A stretch of DNA of 35,700 nucleotides from a virus (IMGVR_UViG_3300037629_000004:1-35700), one strand, 5' to 3'. Shown: positions 17,351 through 25,523, counted from the stretch's first letter. Numbers and translations are program-made. Notes: generated from the sequence alone by a model not told the origin.

Positions 17351-17878
17351 TTAAAGTAGAATATGTTTTCCCTTAATAGCAGATCTTGTAAGTCGCATAC
17401 TGGCCTCCTTGCCATAAGCTACTAGAACAGATGGTGCGCCAGAATTAGCCTTTGCCCGCGTTCCATCAACATAATGAAAATGTAATCTCCCTTCAATAAA
17501 TAAAAGAGAATCAGCAACCGACCAAACAAAATCAAAAAACATCTTAGTTTCTGTTCGAGCAAATATTAAAGCGATCCCGTTATTGTGTATAGCCATTAAC
17601 TCAAGCCACCGAGTCGCCTCTAGTCCATAAGGAGGATTACACCAAACAAATTCATTTTCTCCCCAGGGGCTTAATAGACCATTATCTTCAATAGTTAAGT
17701 GTCGTTTGGCCGTATTCCAATGCCTTACAATAGGAGCGCACGGATCTAAATCAAATGGCCCTAATTGTTCAATAATATAGGGAGGCGTTAGCCATTCGTC
17801 ATTTAACATTTTTGCAGAATGATGAGATCCTATTGCCCTTATAGATTTAATTCTATCCATTTGATTTAGATCTTTCAT
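17351..17878 (-). CDS. Phage DNA N6-adenine methyltransferase (Dam-like family)
   Basis: DEWLTP, FDLDPC, VWCNPPY and ARTET motifs. Confidence 0.92.
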   Translation of the reverse strand: MKDLNQMDRIKSIRAIGSHHSAKMLNDEWLTPPYIIEQLGPFDLDPCAPIVRHWNTAKRHLTIEDNGLLSPWGENEFVWCNPPYGLEATRWLELMAIHNNGIALIFARTETKMFFDFVWSVADSLLFIEGRLHFHYVDGTRAKANSGAPSVLVAYGKEASMRLTRSAIKGKHILL

Positions 17879-18276
17879 CGCCTGTCTCTCAATAAATAAT
17901 AATCACCTTGTGGCTTTACTTCCTTGCTTACAGTATCTCTCACAGCCGGAACAGGTTTGTTGCAGATAGTATTCGCCTCATTGATCCTTGCAGATTTCAC
18001 GACCAGGCATGACCCGACCATTATCACAAAGAACACTATCGGGAGAATAGATTTAGGCAGTGCCTCTTCAGGAATAGAGAAGCGATTCATAAACCAGTAG
18101 GTCACTATCTCCGTTGACTTGCGGGCATTAATCTTCACAAGGATATGTCTGACAGTTCCTTCCACAGCACGGGGAGAGACATTCAGGCTATCGGCTATCT
18201 CCTTTTTACAGAGACCAAGAACAATACCTGTACAGATTTGATCTTCACGACTTGTCAGAATTACTGAAGTGTTCAT
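17875..18276 (-). CDS. LuxR/GerE-type HTH protein with a following TM segment
   Basis: LTSRE...KEIADSLNVSPRAVE pattern; hydrophobic ILPIVFFVIMVGSCLVV. Confidence 0.8.
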   Translation of the reverse strand: MNTSVILTSREDQICTGIVLGLCKKEIADSLNVSPRAVEGTVRHILVKINARKSTEIVTYWFMNRFSIPEEALPKSILPIVFFVIMVGSCLVVKSARINEANTICNKPVPAVRDTVSKEVKPQGDYYLLRDRR

Positions 18277-18686
18277 ACTTTTAAGAGTTCAGGGTTTTCA
18301 AAAACATTACCGATGATATGAACCGCATACAACTTTTGTATATCAGGGTCAAATAAACGGGACAATAATCCCCATCTATTATATTTGTGTTTACAACAAA
18401 AAGCGCCGGACTCATAATAGACTATCATTGGGCCGACTCCTTTTGAAAATGGAATTAATATATCCCCCTCGTAAATTTCTTTACCATTCCTGTCGAGCAG
18501 TCCAGTGAACTCGGTTATTTCAATATCATTCATCCGCTCAAGTGATGATTCTCCTTTTTCTCTGTTCTCTAAACAATAGGTTTCTATTAATCCAAAGAGT
18601 GTTGTTTCTCCTAGTATATGGAAACCAACAGACACCCACTCTTTTTTTCTTTTATCCCATGCCCTGAATTTGATTTCTCTTTTCAT
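18273..18686 (-). CDS. YopX family protein
   Basis: MKREIKFRAWD...FTGLLDRNGKEIYEGDI...IGNVFENPELL. Confidence 0.92.
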   Translation of the reverse strand: MKREIKFRAWDKRKKEWVSVGFHILGETTLFGLIETYCLENREKGESSLERMNDIEITEFTGLLDRNGKEIYEGDILIPFSKGVGPMIVYYESGAFCCKHKYNRWGLLSRLFDPDIQKLYAVHIIGNVFENPELLKV

Positions 18687-18934
18687 GCTTCTGCTTTTTC
18701 GGTTACGGGGATCTTCATGTATAAACTTCTTGCTTTGTCAACATTCTTGAAGTTGATCTTGCCTTCCTGCTTAAGCTCCCTGAGCTTACGAAGGATCGTG
18801 TCTGGAAATACTTCAGGTCTGCCGATCATCATCCCCACGAGTTTATGAAGATGAATAGCCGAAAACCTGACGGGCATTCTGGGAAATAAATCTTCCACCG
18901 CTGACCTGACCGATTGTTTACCTTTGGGTAGCAT
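18683..18934 (-). CDS. Winged-helix-like DNA-binding protein
   Basis: PDTILRKLRELKQEGKI followed by a predicted beta wing. Confidence 0.55.
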   Translation of the reverse strand: MLPKGKQSVRSAVEDLFPRMPVRFSAIHLHKLVGMMIGRPEVFPDTILRKLRELKQEGKINFKNVDKARSLYMKIPVTEKAEA

Positions 18935-19112
18935 GTTGCTGAAGTCTTAGTTTGCGTTCATAATGTTGGATTGCGATCACACAGGCACGGATTGCATTAG
19001 TGTAAAAAAGCTGTGTGCGATAACTGAACTTACCGGGATCGCTGGCGAATGCTTTTTGCAGTTCCGCTTTCTCGGTCTCTTTGTCGGAGAGTAATTTTGA
19101 GTAGTCGATCAT
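18918..19112 (-). CDS. Hypothetical protein (start MIDYS)
   Basis: ATG at 19112 follows the upstream stop at 19117. Confidence 0.6.
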   Translation of the reverse strand: MIDYSKLLSDKETEKAELQKAFASDPGKFSYRTQLFYTNAIRACVIAIQHYERKLRLQQHATQR

Positions 19113-19116
19113 CGGG

Positions 19117-19224
19117 TTAGTTATTACAGAATTTGCGGATGAGTTCAAGATGAACCAGATTGATATGATTACCGATCAGGAATACATCAAAAGGTTCTGG
19201 CTGGAGTTGAAATATTTCTCTCAT
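19117..19224 (-). CDS. 35-aa peptide (MREIFQLQPEPFDVFLIGNHINLVHLELIRKFCNN)
   Basis: TAATG overlap with the upstream stop. Confidence 0.5.
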   Translation of the reverse strand: MREIFQLQPEPFDVFLIGNHINLVHLELIRKFCNN

Positions 19225-19436
19225 TATCCCCAAATGTTTTTTCTGATTCCATGATTTTTGAATACCTGTTCAATGGCTTCCATCTGATCGAGTGTCAGAG
19301 GCTTGCGACCATAAAGAATACCAGCCCAGAAAGGCCGTGAGTAATGCTTGAAGATGTTAAGAATCTCATCTTTGATTATCTTTTTATCTCCCTGCGGAAC
19401 CCGCATCCATCCTTTTAAAAATGTGTATCTGCTCAT
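19224..19436 (-). CDS. Cro/XRE-like small HTH regulator; first gene of the early operon
   Basis: ILYGRKPLTLDQMEAIEQVF resembles XRE helices 4-5; position after the promoter. Confidence 0.6.
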   Translation of the reverse strand: MSRYTFLKGWMRVPQGDKKIIKDEILNIFKHYSRPFWAGILYGRKPLTLDQMEAIEQVFKNHGIRKNIWG

Positions 19437-19489
19437 GCTGTTGGGTATTTTTTGCTTTGCTTTGTGTTAGTTTTGTACTTACATTATGG

Positions 19490-19520
19490 CAAATGTATAA
19501 TTACTTTTTGGATTGACAAT
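19490..19520 (-). promoter_or_regulatory. Early promoter ATTG-N19-TACATTTG, without the operator palindrome
   Basis: Consensus -7 box at 19490-19497, downstream of a terminator. Confidence 0.7.
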
Positions 19521-19562
19521 GCAAAAATCAAATTATTTTAGTTCTTTCTTTTGTGAACCAAT

Positions 19563-19593
19563 AAAAAAGCCCCTCGAATTTAATCAAGGGGCT
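19563..19593 (-). terminator. Intrinsic terminator ending the tRNA/ncRNA unit
   Basis: AGCCCCT/AGGGGCT stem plus U-tract. Confidence 0.85.
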
Positions 19594-19604
19594 GGCTTCA
19601 TGTC

Positions 19605-19845
19605 TGGCGAGTCAATCACTGTCCGACTTAGCGCTTCAAAGATTTCGGTTGCCAACCTAATTTCAGTATTGTCCTGATTTCCTCGGACTCTTCAGGACTC
19701 AAAACCGAGTGATACACTGACTCTGATTGGGTATATCATCGGGGTCTCCTATTATCGTGTACTTGAATAAAATAACTTTGACAAATTAAAAGACAGTTTG
19801 CAACCAATCTCTCACTCGATCAAAACTACTTTCAGAGACCCCTTC
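19605..19845 (-). ncRNA. Candidate structured ncRNA (multiple helices, possible pseudoknots)
   Basis: No substantial ORF; five complementary pairs found by eye; bounded by the tRNA-like gene and a terminator. Confidence 0.45.
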
Positions 19846-19857
19846 TCCATTGTGGTT

Positions 19858-19932
19858 TGGTGCGGGAACGTCACACGATTACGCATTTCAAAGGTTATGA
19901 GCCTTAGCAGTTACCACTTACTTTATCCCGCA
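19858..19932 (-). tRNA. Degenerate tRNA-Met(CAT)-like gene
   Basis: 72-nt cloverleaf: TGCGGGA/TCCCGCA acceptor stem, TGGTA D-loop, CTCATAA anticodon loop; non-canonical T-arm. Confidence 0.7.
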
Positions 19933-20008
19933 TCTTTTGATTAGTACTTTTTCATCTTCTTGCAAGATTTAGTTTGTTTTTTTGTCAGTGTTTCTCACTT
20001 TGGCAAAG

Positions 20009-20040
20009 CAAAGTTAATATATCAGTTTAATATATGCAAA
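20009..20040 (-). promoter_or_regulatory. Promoter TTTG-N20-TAACTTTG with operator palindrome 20018-20034; drives the tRNA/ncRNA unit
   Basis: Perfect -33 and -7 consensus; TATATCA-GTT-TAATATA. Confidence 0.85.
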
Positions 20041-20051
20041 TTTATTTTAAT

Positions 20052-20085
20052 AAAAACCGGAGGGGAACCCTATGAAACCCTCCGG
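20052..20085 (-). terminator. Intrinsic terminator after the lysis cassette
   Basis: CCGGAGGG/CCCTCCGG stem plus U5. Confidence 0.8.
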
Positions 20086-20114
20086 CGAACCATGAAAACT
20101 AACCTAAAGAAACC

Positions 20115-20693
20115 CTATTTCTTGATGAATGTTACGCTCTTAGTACTTGAACTCCCGCAACTCTGGCTTGTCTCCTGAAAGTATTTCTTCTTGCTGAATA
20201 TCCAGAACCTGCGCTTCCAGTAAAAGACATCGACAATCTTATTCGTATAAGAAAAGCCTGTTTTCTTTACATGTATAGTGTCATTGGTATAGAAAACATC
20301 CGCTTTATATACATAACAATCGCCGTTATCGATAAAACTCCATTTGTGATCCCCTGTCACAATAACAGGGATCTCCTTAACAACAGTATCCCTCTGAATG
20401 ATTACCCGGTCAACATACTTGACTACTTGTTTAGGGGTAATCTGAAGGGCTTTGGCAAGGCTGTCCCGTTCCCGCTTCACTTTGCCTGTGACTTCCTTTT
20501 GAGTTAAGATAAGGCTGGTCTGATTAACATTCTCCTGTAATAACTGGTCAATGTTACTGGTCAGCCTGCCGATCCTCTCGTTCTGCCTGTCAATGCTTTT
20601 TCTCTGCAATCGGTTCTGAACAACCAGACTGACAAAGCAGAGAATAACAAAGCCGATAAAATATGCTTTATACTTTAGCAGGATCGCTTTCAT
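20115..20693 (-). CDS. Spanin-like (Rz-type) lysis protein
   Basis: N-terminal TM plus coiled coil; KRRFWIF C-terminal motif; last gene of the lysis cassette. Confidence 0.55.
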   Translation of the reverse strand: MKAILLKYKAYFIGFVILCFVSLVVQNRLQRKSIDRQNERIGRLTSNIDQLLQENVNQTSLILTQKEVTGKVKRERDSLAKALQITPKQVVKYVDRVIIQRDTVVKEIPVIVTGDHKWSFIDNGDCYVYKADVFYTNDTIHVKKTGFSYTNKIVDVFYWKRRFWIFSKKKYFQETSQSCGSSSTKSVTFIKK

Positions 20694-20916
20694 CTTTCTT
20701 TGACATTAGTTCTGTTTTGGCAGCACTGCCAGCGGAAGATCCGTAAAAGTAACCTACCACTGTGGCAAAACTGCCAATCAAAGCACCCACGACAAGGTTA
20801 AGTAGGTCTTTATTTGGCTCAGGAACCTGGGTATAAACAAGCACAACCAGAAGCACGAAGAAGCCTATTATGATCAGACCTCCTAAAACATACTGAAATA
20901 TACTTCTGCTTTTCAT
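20668..20916 (-). CDS. Holin-like 2-TM protein (start MKSRS)
   Basis: Two TM segments; GYFYGSSAGS motif; near the endolysin. Confidence 0.7.
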   Translation of the reverse strand: MKSRSIFQYVLGGLIIIGFFVLLVVLVYTQVPEPNKDLLNLVVGALIGSFATVVGYFYGSSAGSAAKTELMSKKDESDPAKV

Positions 20917-20917
20917 G

Positions 20918-21097
20918 TTACTTGCCCTCCATCTTTTTACGTTGTGCATTGAGCCAGTCGTTATACATTTCGTTTGCACAACCGATAAAATATGCAAACC
21001 AGAGGATTAGTCCCACCCAAAATATAGCAAGGGTTAAGAAGCAAACAGCCGTTACAGCAAAGATGTTAAACCAAAGATTTTTAAATAGACTTTTCAT
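20918..21097 (-). CDS. 59-aa membrane protein (start MKSLF)
   Basis: Long hydrophobic stretch; lies in the lysis cassette. Confidence 0.55.
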   Translation of the reverse strand: MKSLFKNLWFNIFAVTAVCFLTLAIFWVGLILWFAYFIGCANEMYNDWLNAQRKKMEGK

Positions 21098-21110
21098 ATT
21101 ATACGGATTA

Positions 21111-21593
21111 TTAAAAATGACACTGATCAATTCTATTGATCCAGCCCTGGAGAAATTTCTCCTGAGTAGGATCTCTTCTGACAAGATCAAAATAATACAT
21201 CTTCCGGGACTGCTTGAATAACAGCACCAGCGAGAGATCAGATTTATTGATTGCTTCCGTTGTCTGTGGCCCGACAATACCATCGACATCAACTTTCACA
21301 ATCTTTTGTATTGCCTTGATCGACCTTCTTATTCCCGCATTGACCCCGAAATCAAATATTTGCAGGACCAGTTCTTCGTCGGCAATTCCCGTCAGGTTCA
21401 TCGGCAACCAGTAATCCCGGTAATAGATTTCAATAGCCTGGTTGCGGGTCAGGTTCTTAATATCAAGATTAGGATAGTAAGTCCTTGTAATTCCCATGTT
21501 TGTCTCACCTCCCTTGTCACCGGGAACATTACAGTAGCCCCCCTCTGATCGGAGAACCGCTTCAACACAATTTGTGAATAATCCAATGCCCAT
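21111..21593 (-). CDS. Endolysin, glycoside hydrolase family 108 with peptidoglycan-binding domain
   Basis: EGGY...DKGGETNMGIT, FDFGVNAG, DGIVGPQT and GWINR motifs. Confidence 0.93.
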   Translation of the reverse strand: MGIGLFTNCVEAVLRSEGGYCNVPGDKGGETNMGITRTYYPNLDIKNLTRNQAIEIYYRDYWLPMNLTGIADEELVLQIFDFGVNAGIRRSIKAIQKIVKVDVDGIVGPQTTEAINKSDLSLVLLFKQSRKMYYFDLVRRDPTQEKFLQGWINRIDQCHF

Positions 21594-22051
21594 TATTTAA
21601 GGTTTTTATTTCCTTTTTCAAGTATCCTTATTAAACTGTCGAGTTTATAAATCTTGACAGAATCGAATAGATACGTAGTTCCGTCAACGGGATCATAGAA
21701 CATGCCCCCACGTGAAAGCATTGCCGGTTGTGTAGCCGTTCTTATTTCCTGCTTCATATCTTCCTTTAGAGCCTCAAACCTGTCTTTTTCCCCTTTACGA
21801 TAGATGAGAAATAATGTAACAACAGCAACAATCACACCCGCTAACTGAAGGACTCTGGTAACTGTCAGATGTTTCTTTGTTTCAACCTTGACAACACCTA
21901 CCTCCTCTCCTTCTTTTTCACTTCTCCAACATTCCAATGCAGAAACACGCCCATTTGTTTTTGTCGTTTGAATCTCTATTTTATCGAGCTTTTCGTGGAT
22001 GCTCTTAAATTGATTTTCTAAGTACATTCTATAATCTGGGCTATCGGTCAT
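21593..22051 (-). CDS. Single-TM coiled-coil protein (holin/haemolysin-like)
   Basis: [12 protein letters not shown] plus TM segment; immediately upstream of the endolysin. Confidence 0.55.
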   Translation of the reverse strand: MTDSPDYRMYLENQFKSIHEKLDKIEIQTTKTNGRVSALECWRSEKEGEEVGVVKVETKKHLTVTRVLQLAGVIVAVVTLFLIYRKGEKDRFEALKEDMKQEIRTATQPAMLSRGGMFYDPVDGTTYLFDSVKIYKLDSLIRILEKGNKNLK

Positions 22052-22054
22052 AAT

Positions 22055-22249
22055 TCATCCTATGTTACACGTTACCTTTCCAGAATCCAACACATCAGCA
22101 CTACAACCCTCTTTCGGACAGGTAGAAGGAATAGGATCAATCACGACTCCGCATTCATAATAAAAAAGATGATTATTCCTGCAATATGTATAGTACTTGT
22201 ATTGCACTACACCTTTCGGAGTGACAACTTCTTTCTTTTTTTTGCTCAT
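22055..22249 (-). CDS. Small Cys-rich Zn-ribbon protein
   Basis: CRNNH...CPKEGC pattern. Confidence 0.6.
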   Translation of the reverse strand: MSKKKKEVVTPKGVVQYKYYTYCRNNHLFYYECGVVIDPIPSTCPKEGCSADVLDSGKVTCNIG

Positions 22250-22264
22250 AACTTTTGATTTAGA

Positions 22265-22281
22265 TATATCTCTGTGATATA
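22265..22281. promoter_or_regulatory. Operator palindrome upstream of the lysis cassette
   Basis: TATATCT-CTG-TGATATA, just downstream of a -7-like TACATTTT. Confidence 0.7.
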
Positions 22282-22291
22282 TGCCAAAATG

Positions 22292-22326
22292 TAAATAAAG
22301 GGATGTAATTAATTTCTACATCCCTT
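22292..22326 (-). terminator. Intrinsic terminator after the tail-tube unit
   Basis: AAGGGATGTA/TACATCCCTT stem plus U-rich tail. Confidence 0.7.
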
Positions 22327-22339
22327 CATGAGACAGATA

Positions 22340-22507
22340 TTACTTCTCTTTTTCAGGCTTCTCGAAGACATCGACTCCGAGTTCCTTCAGATGTGCAAGT
22401 TGCTCCTGTGTTGCTTCTTTCAGTTTCACAGAATAACTTGTATTGTGGTATCCGTAATCAACTGTTGACTCCAGACACTCTTTCCGTACTGTAAGTTTAT
22501 TTGCCAT
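22340..22507 (-). CDS. 55-aa hypothetical protein (MANKLTVRKECLESTVDYG...ATQEQLAHLKELG)
   Basis: Translated by hand; starts 2 nt after the tube gene stop. Confidence 0.7.
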   Translation of the reverse strand: MANKLTVRKECLESTVDYGYHNTSYSVKLKEATQEQLAHLKELGVDVFEKPEKEK

Positions 22508-22509
22508 GA

Positions 22510-23166
22510 TTACGACCATTTAATTCCAGTGAATGTGCCTCCGAGTATAGCTGCTGTTGCTGTTGAATCAAAGGGAAGTGCCAGCCCTGAACACTCGTTA
22601 CCGAGTACAATAGGAATAGTGTTTCCGGTTGCTTCACCAAGCCCCTTACCAGTTTTATGATCCTGTTTTTTGAGGATAAGCGGTCTGTTGCGGACATCGG
22701 TTGCATTGTGACCAACACACCAACATTTGCCGTTGCCATCGACTATGATAGCAAAGAAACCACAGGGAGAACCATCAATGAGAGCCTGGAGGAAAGTGTT
22801 TGTGTCCTTTGAAGGAGGCATAACATCGAAGCCAAGTTCATTGGTTATCTTCCAGTTGTTGAGACCTACTGATTCGCCTACTTCGTTCCAGTAAACCGAA
22901 TCCTGAATAGCATCGACTCTCATAAAAGGAGTTGTGCCGGTCACTGCTGTAATCTCGCTTGAAACGATGGTAAATGCTGTGGCAACGGACTTCTCAGCGA
23001 TGAAGATTTTGCTGGCTCCCGAAACGTTTTTGGCACAAGTTTGAGTGAAGATAGTGAGCGCAAATGCACCCGTCACTCCAGCAGGTAGCACCCATTGAGG
23101 GAAAATCATAACTAATAGCAGTGCTATTCCCAAAAGCAACCCGCCATATTTCCATAATTTTTTCAT
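22510..23166 (-). CDS. Putative major tail (tube) protein with hydrophobic N-terminal leader
   Basis: C..NVSGASKIFI, AIIVDGNGKCW and TGKGLGE patterns resemble Bacteroidota siphovirus tube proteins. Confidence 0.65.
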   Translation of the reverse strand: MKKLWKYGGLLLGIALLLVMIFPQWVLPAGVTGAFALTIFTQTCAKNVSGASKIFIAEKSVATAFTIVSSEITAVTGTTPFMRVDAIQDSVYWNEVGESVGLNNWKITNELGFDVMPPSKDTNTFLQALIDGSPCGFFAIIVDGNGKCWCVGHNATDVRNRPLILKKQDHKTGKGLGEATGNTIPIVLGNECSGLALPFDSTATAAILGGTFTGIKWS

Positions 23167-23189
23167 TTCTTTTTTTGTTTATTTGTTAG

Positions 23190-23206
23190 TATATTACTCT
23201 GATATA
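23190..23206. promoter_or_regulatory. Operator palindrome upstream of the tail tube gene
   Basis: TATATTA-CTC-TGATATA. Confidence 0.7.
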
Positions 23207-23242
23207 AATTTAAACCTAATAATCCCTTGTTTTTTGCAGACT

Positions 23243-23491
23243 TTATGCAATTTTTTTAGTTGTGAGTTTCTCTACAAAAGACATTGATACACAATATTTT
23301 TCAGCAATTTTATTCCTCAAACATTGCCTTTCCTTTGCTTGCGCCTTCTTCCTGTATTCTTCATTTATCAGCACGTTTCGACAGGCAGTGAATGACAACA
23401 TTCCTTTATCAAATAACAAATTTGTGACGTTGGGATCTATGTTAAACTCATCCTTCAATAATCTCGCTGTCTCTGCCTTTACGTTGATCAT
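23243..23491 (-). CDS. Small protein with C-terminal Mor-like HTH
   Basis: KIAEKYCVSMSFVEKL pattern. Confidence 0.55.
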   Translation of the reverse strand: MINVKAETARLLKDEFNIDPNVTNLLFDKGMLSFTACRNVLINEEYRKKAQAKERQCLRNKIAEKYCVSMSFVEKLTTKKIA

Positions 23492-25512
23492 ATCTTCTGA
23501 GTCGTGGTAATGACGTTTAATTCATTCAGTCCCGAAACAACTTTATTGAGATTCAAGCTAACCTCGATGGCTGACATCCTATTATTGATTATCTCTGCAA
23601 ACTCATTCATATCGAATCCCGATGCCGGAGCAATAGGAGGAAGTGAAGAAGGGCCAACACGACCCCCGGAAGCAAAACCAGGCACTCCTATTCTATTTAA
23701 TGCCCCTGATCCTCCGAGCATACTGATCTGTCTTTCGTTCAAAATAGCCTCTCCCTGTTTGACATATACAAGGGTGTTGTCTCTCGATGTGTCATTATGC
23801 AGTTGATAGCCCCCCTGAACCTTACCCCCCGTTGCGAATTTCTGAGCCTGAATAGTGGCTATCTGCACACCTGCTTGAATTGCTGCTAATGCTCCAGCAA
23901 TAAGACCGGCAGGGATAAAAGGTTTAGTTAACATACCATTCATCACTGCCAAAGCCCCGCTTATCTTAGCCTGTTTAATCTCTATCTGTTGTTCTTCTTT
24001 AGCGTATTTCTTCTGTATGGCTGTTTTTTGAGATGCTGTAAGATTTGCATTTGATAATTCGGCGTTCATCTCTGCCACAAGTCTTGCTTTCTTTGACTCA
24101 AAGGCAGCATCAAGACCCATTTGCGCTCCCTGAAAAACAGCCTCTTTAATGGCTTTTCTTTTGCCTTCTTCATCCTTTGTAACGGCAGTCCATGATTCCT
24201 CTCCCTGTTTAAGTATCTTCTGGTTCTTTTCCTGAACATCTTTACTCCAGTGCAGTTGTTCCGTATCGACTTTTTTAATTGTAAAGTTCTTTTTCAGATG
24301 CTCATCGACACTCTCTTTTATATCATCAATTATTTTTCTGTTTGCCTTTTTCTCATCAGCAAGCAACCTGACAATATCCTCCTGAACCTCTTTGGCAATT
24401 TTCCTCTTACGTTCCTGTTCCTTTTCAAACTCATCTGCATCCTGTTTATACCCTGCAACTAAAGCGTTAACTCGATCCTGGTGTTCCTTAATTTCTTCTT
24501 GTATAAACTTTGTTCTCTGCGTTTCAACACGCCGCATCGATTGGTCTTCCTCTGCATAAGTATCGTTTATCTTTGATTTTAACTCCCATAAACGAGCAAG
24601 TAGTTTCTCGTCTTTAGGTCTTTTCTCTAATAATGCCACAGTTGCAGTAAACTCTTTCTGAAGATGCCCGACCAGTATCTCAGTTATCTGTGCTTCTTCG
24701 GCTTTTACCTTGTTTAAAAGAACCAGTCTTTCTGCATGTGTTTTTGTTTGGTCGGCTGCTTCTATCCTGTCTTTTTGTAACTGGCGATTGATTTTAGACA
24801 CCTCAAAACTATCCTGATATTCCTCTACACGAAGGGCATTTAACTTCTGTTGTGCCTTCATTACATCAGCCATATTATCCATGCTCATTTTGCCGGTAGT
24901 GAGAATATCATACATCATCTGCTTCCATCCCTCGGCTGCCATTTTCATAGCATTCATGCCAAATGTTGTAGAAGCAAACGCCTCTTTTAGTCCTTCCATA
25001 ACCTTAGTTACACCCGTAATAATAAGCGCAACAGGACTGAGATTTTTGACTATATCCAGCAACCTACCACTTAGTCCATCAAAGGCACTTCCATAATTAC
25101 CAACATTTCTCCCGAATACCCCTACTGCCTGTTCTGCTTTCGATACTTCGGTAGTTAATTTTGTGATCTGAGGGATCAGTTTATCCCTGCCTTCAGCAGA
25201 AGTGTTTGCATATTGATCTTTTAGCTTAATAAGTTCTGCTCTCATCCTGTTTAATGAATCAGGAGCAGAGTTAAGTACTTTATTTAATTCCTTTTGTTTG
25301 TCTTTTGCATCGACAAGTTCTTTATTTAAAAGTGCATGATTTTTTATATAAGCATCCTGGCTTATCTTACCTGCCCTATAAGCCTTATCTAATTCTTTTG
25401 TCTGAGTAACAAGGTCTTTTACATGAAGAACTGCTTTAGACAATTCAATATCTTCGTTTGTCAGCCCGATTATCTCTACCTCAAAGGATAGTTTCTTTTC
25501 TTTGTCTGCCAT
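23488..25512 (-). CDS. Tail tape measure protein (start MADKE)
   Basis: Long helical protein; FGRNVGNY, FATGG and FASGG motifs. Confidence 0.85.
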   Translation of the reverse strand: MADKEKKLSFEVEIIGLTNEDIELSKAVLHVKDLVTQTKELDKAYRAGKISQDAYIKNHALLNKELVDAKDKQKELNKVLNSAPDSLNRMRAELIKLKDQYANTSAEGRDKLIPQITKLTTEVSKAEQAVGVFGRNVGNYGSAFDGLSGRLLDIVKNLSPVALIITGVTKVMEGLKEAFASTTFGMNAMKMAAEGWKQMMYDILTTGKMSMDNMADVMKAQQKLNALRVEEYQDSFEVSKINRQLQKDRIEAADQTKTHAERLVLLNKVKAEEAQITEILVGHLQKEFTATVALLEKRPKDEKLLARLWELKSKINDTYAEEDQSMRRVETQRTKFIQEEIKEHQDRVNALVAGYKQDADEFEKEQERKRKIAKEVQEDIVRLLADEKKANRKIIDDIKESVDEHLKKNFTIKKVDTEQLHWSKDVQEKNQKILKQGEESWTAVTKDEEGKRKAIKEAVFQGAQMGLDAAFESKKARLVAEMNAELSNANLTASQKTAIQKKYAKEEQQIEIKQAKISGALAVMNGMLTKPFIPAGLIAGALAAIQAGVQIATIQAQKFATGGKVQGGYQLHNDTSRDNTLVYVKQGEAILNERQISMLGGSGALNRIGVPGFASGGRVGPSSLPPIAPASGFDMNEFAEIINNRMSAIEVSLNLNKVVSGLNELNVITTTQKI

Positions 25513-25523
25513 AGGTTTTTGCT

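Noticed and set aside
19660-19700. Hammerhead ribozyme core (CTGAAGA-GTCC...GGAC on the minus strand)
   Set aside because: Stem II is followed by AATA rather than the required GAAA, and stems I and III were not found.
19773-19780. Plus-strand -7 box TAACTTTG as an antisense promoter
   Set aside because: No -33 TTTG at the expected spacing and no supporting downstream feature.
19741-19857. HDV-like (theta) ribozyme, tmRNA or RNase P RNA after the tRNA-like gene
   Set aside because: No P3/L3 consensus adjacent to the tRNA end, no tmRNA T-arm/CCA end, and no properly placed RNase P P4 motif.
19858-19932. tRNA-like sequence as an attP core
   Set aside because: No integrase is present, and the 3' half, which is normally conserved in att sites, is the most divergent part.
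5184-23206. Dispersed palindromes as CRISPR repeats or recombination sites
   Set aside because: They are not arrayed with spacers and there is no cas or recombinase gene; fixed phasing to promoter boxes favours operators.
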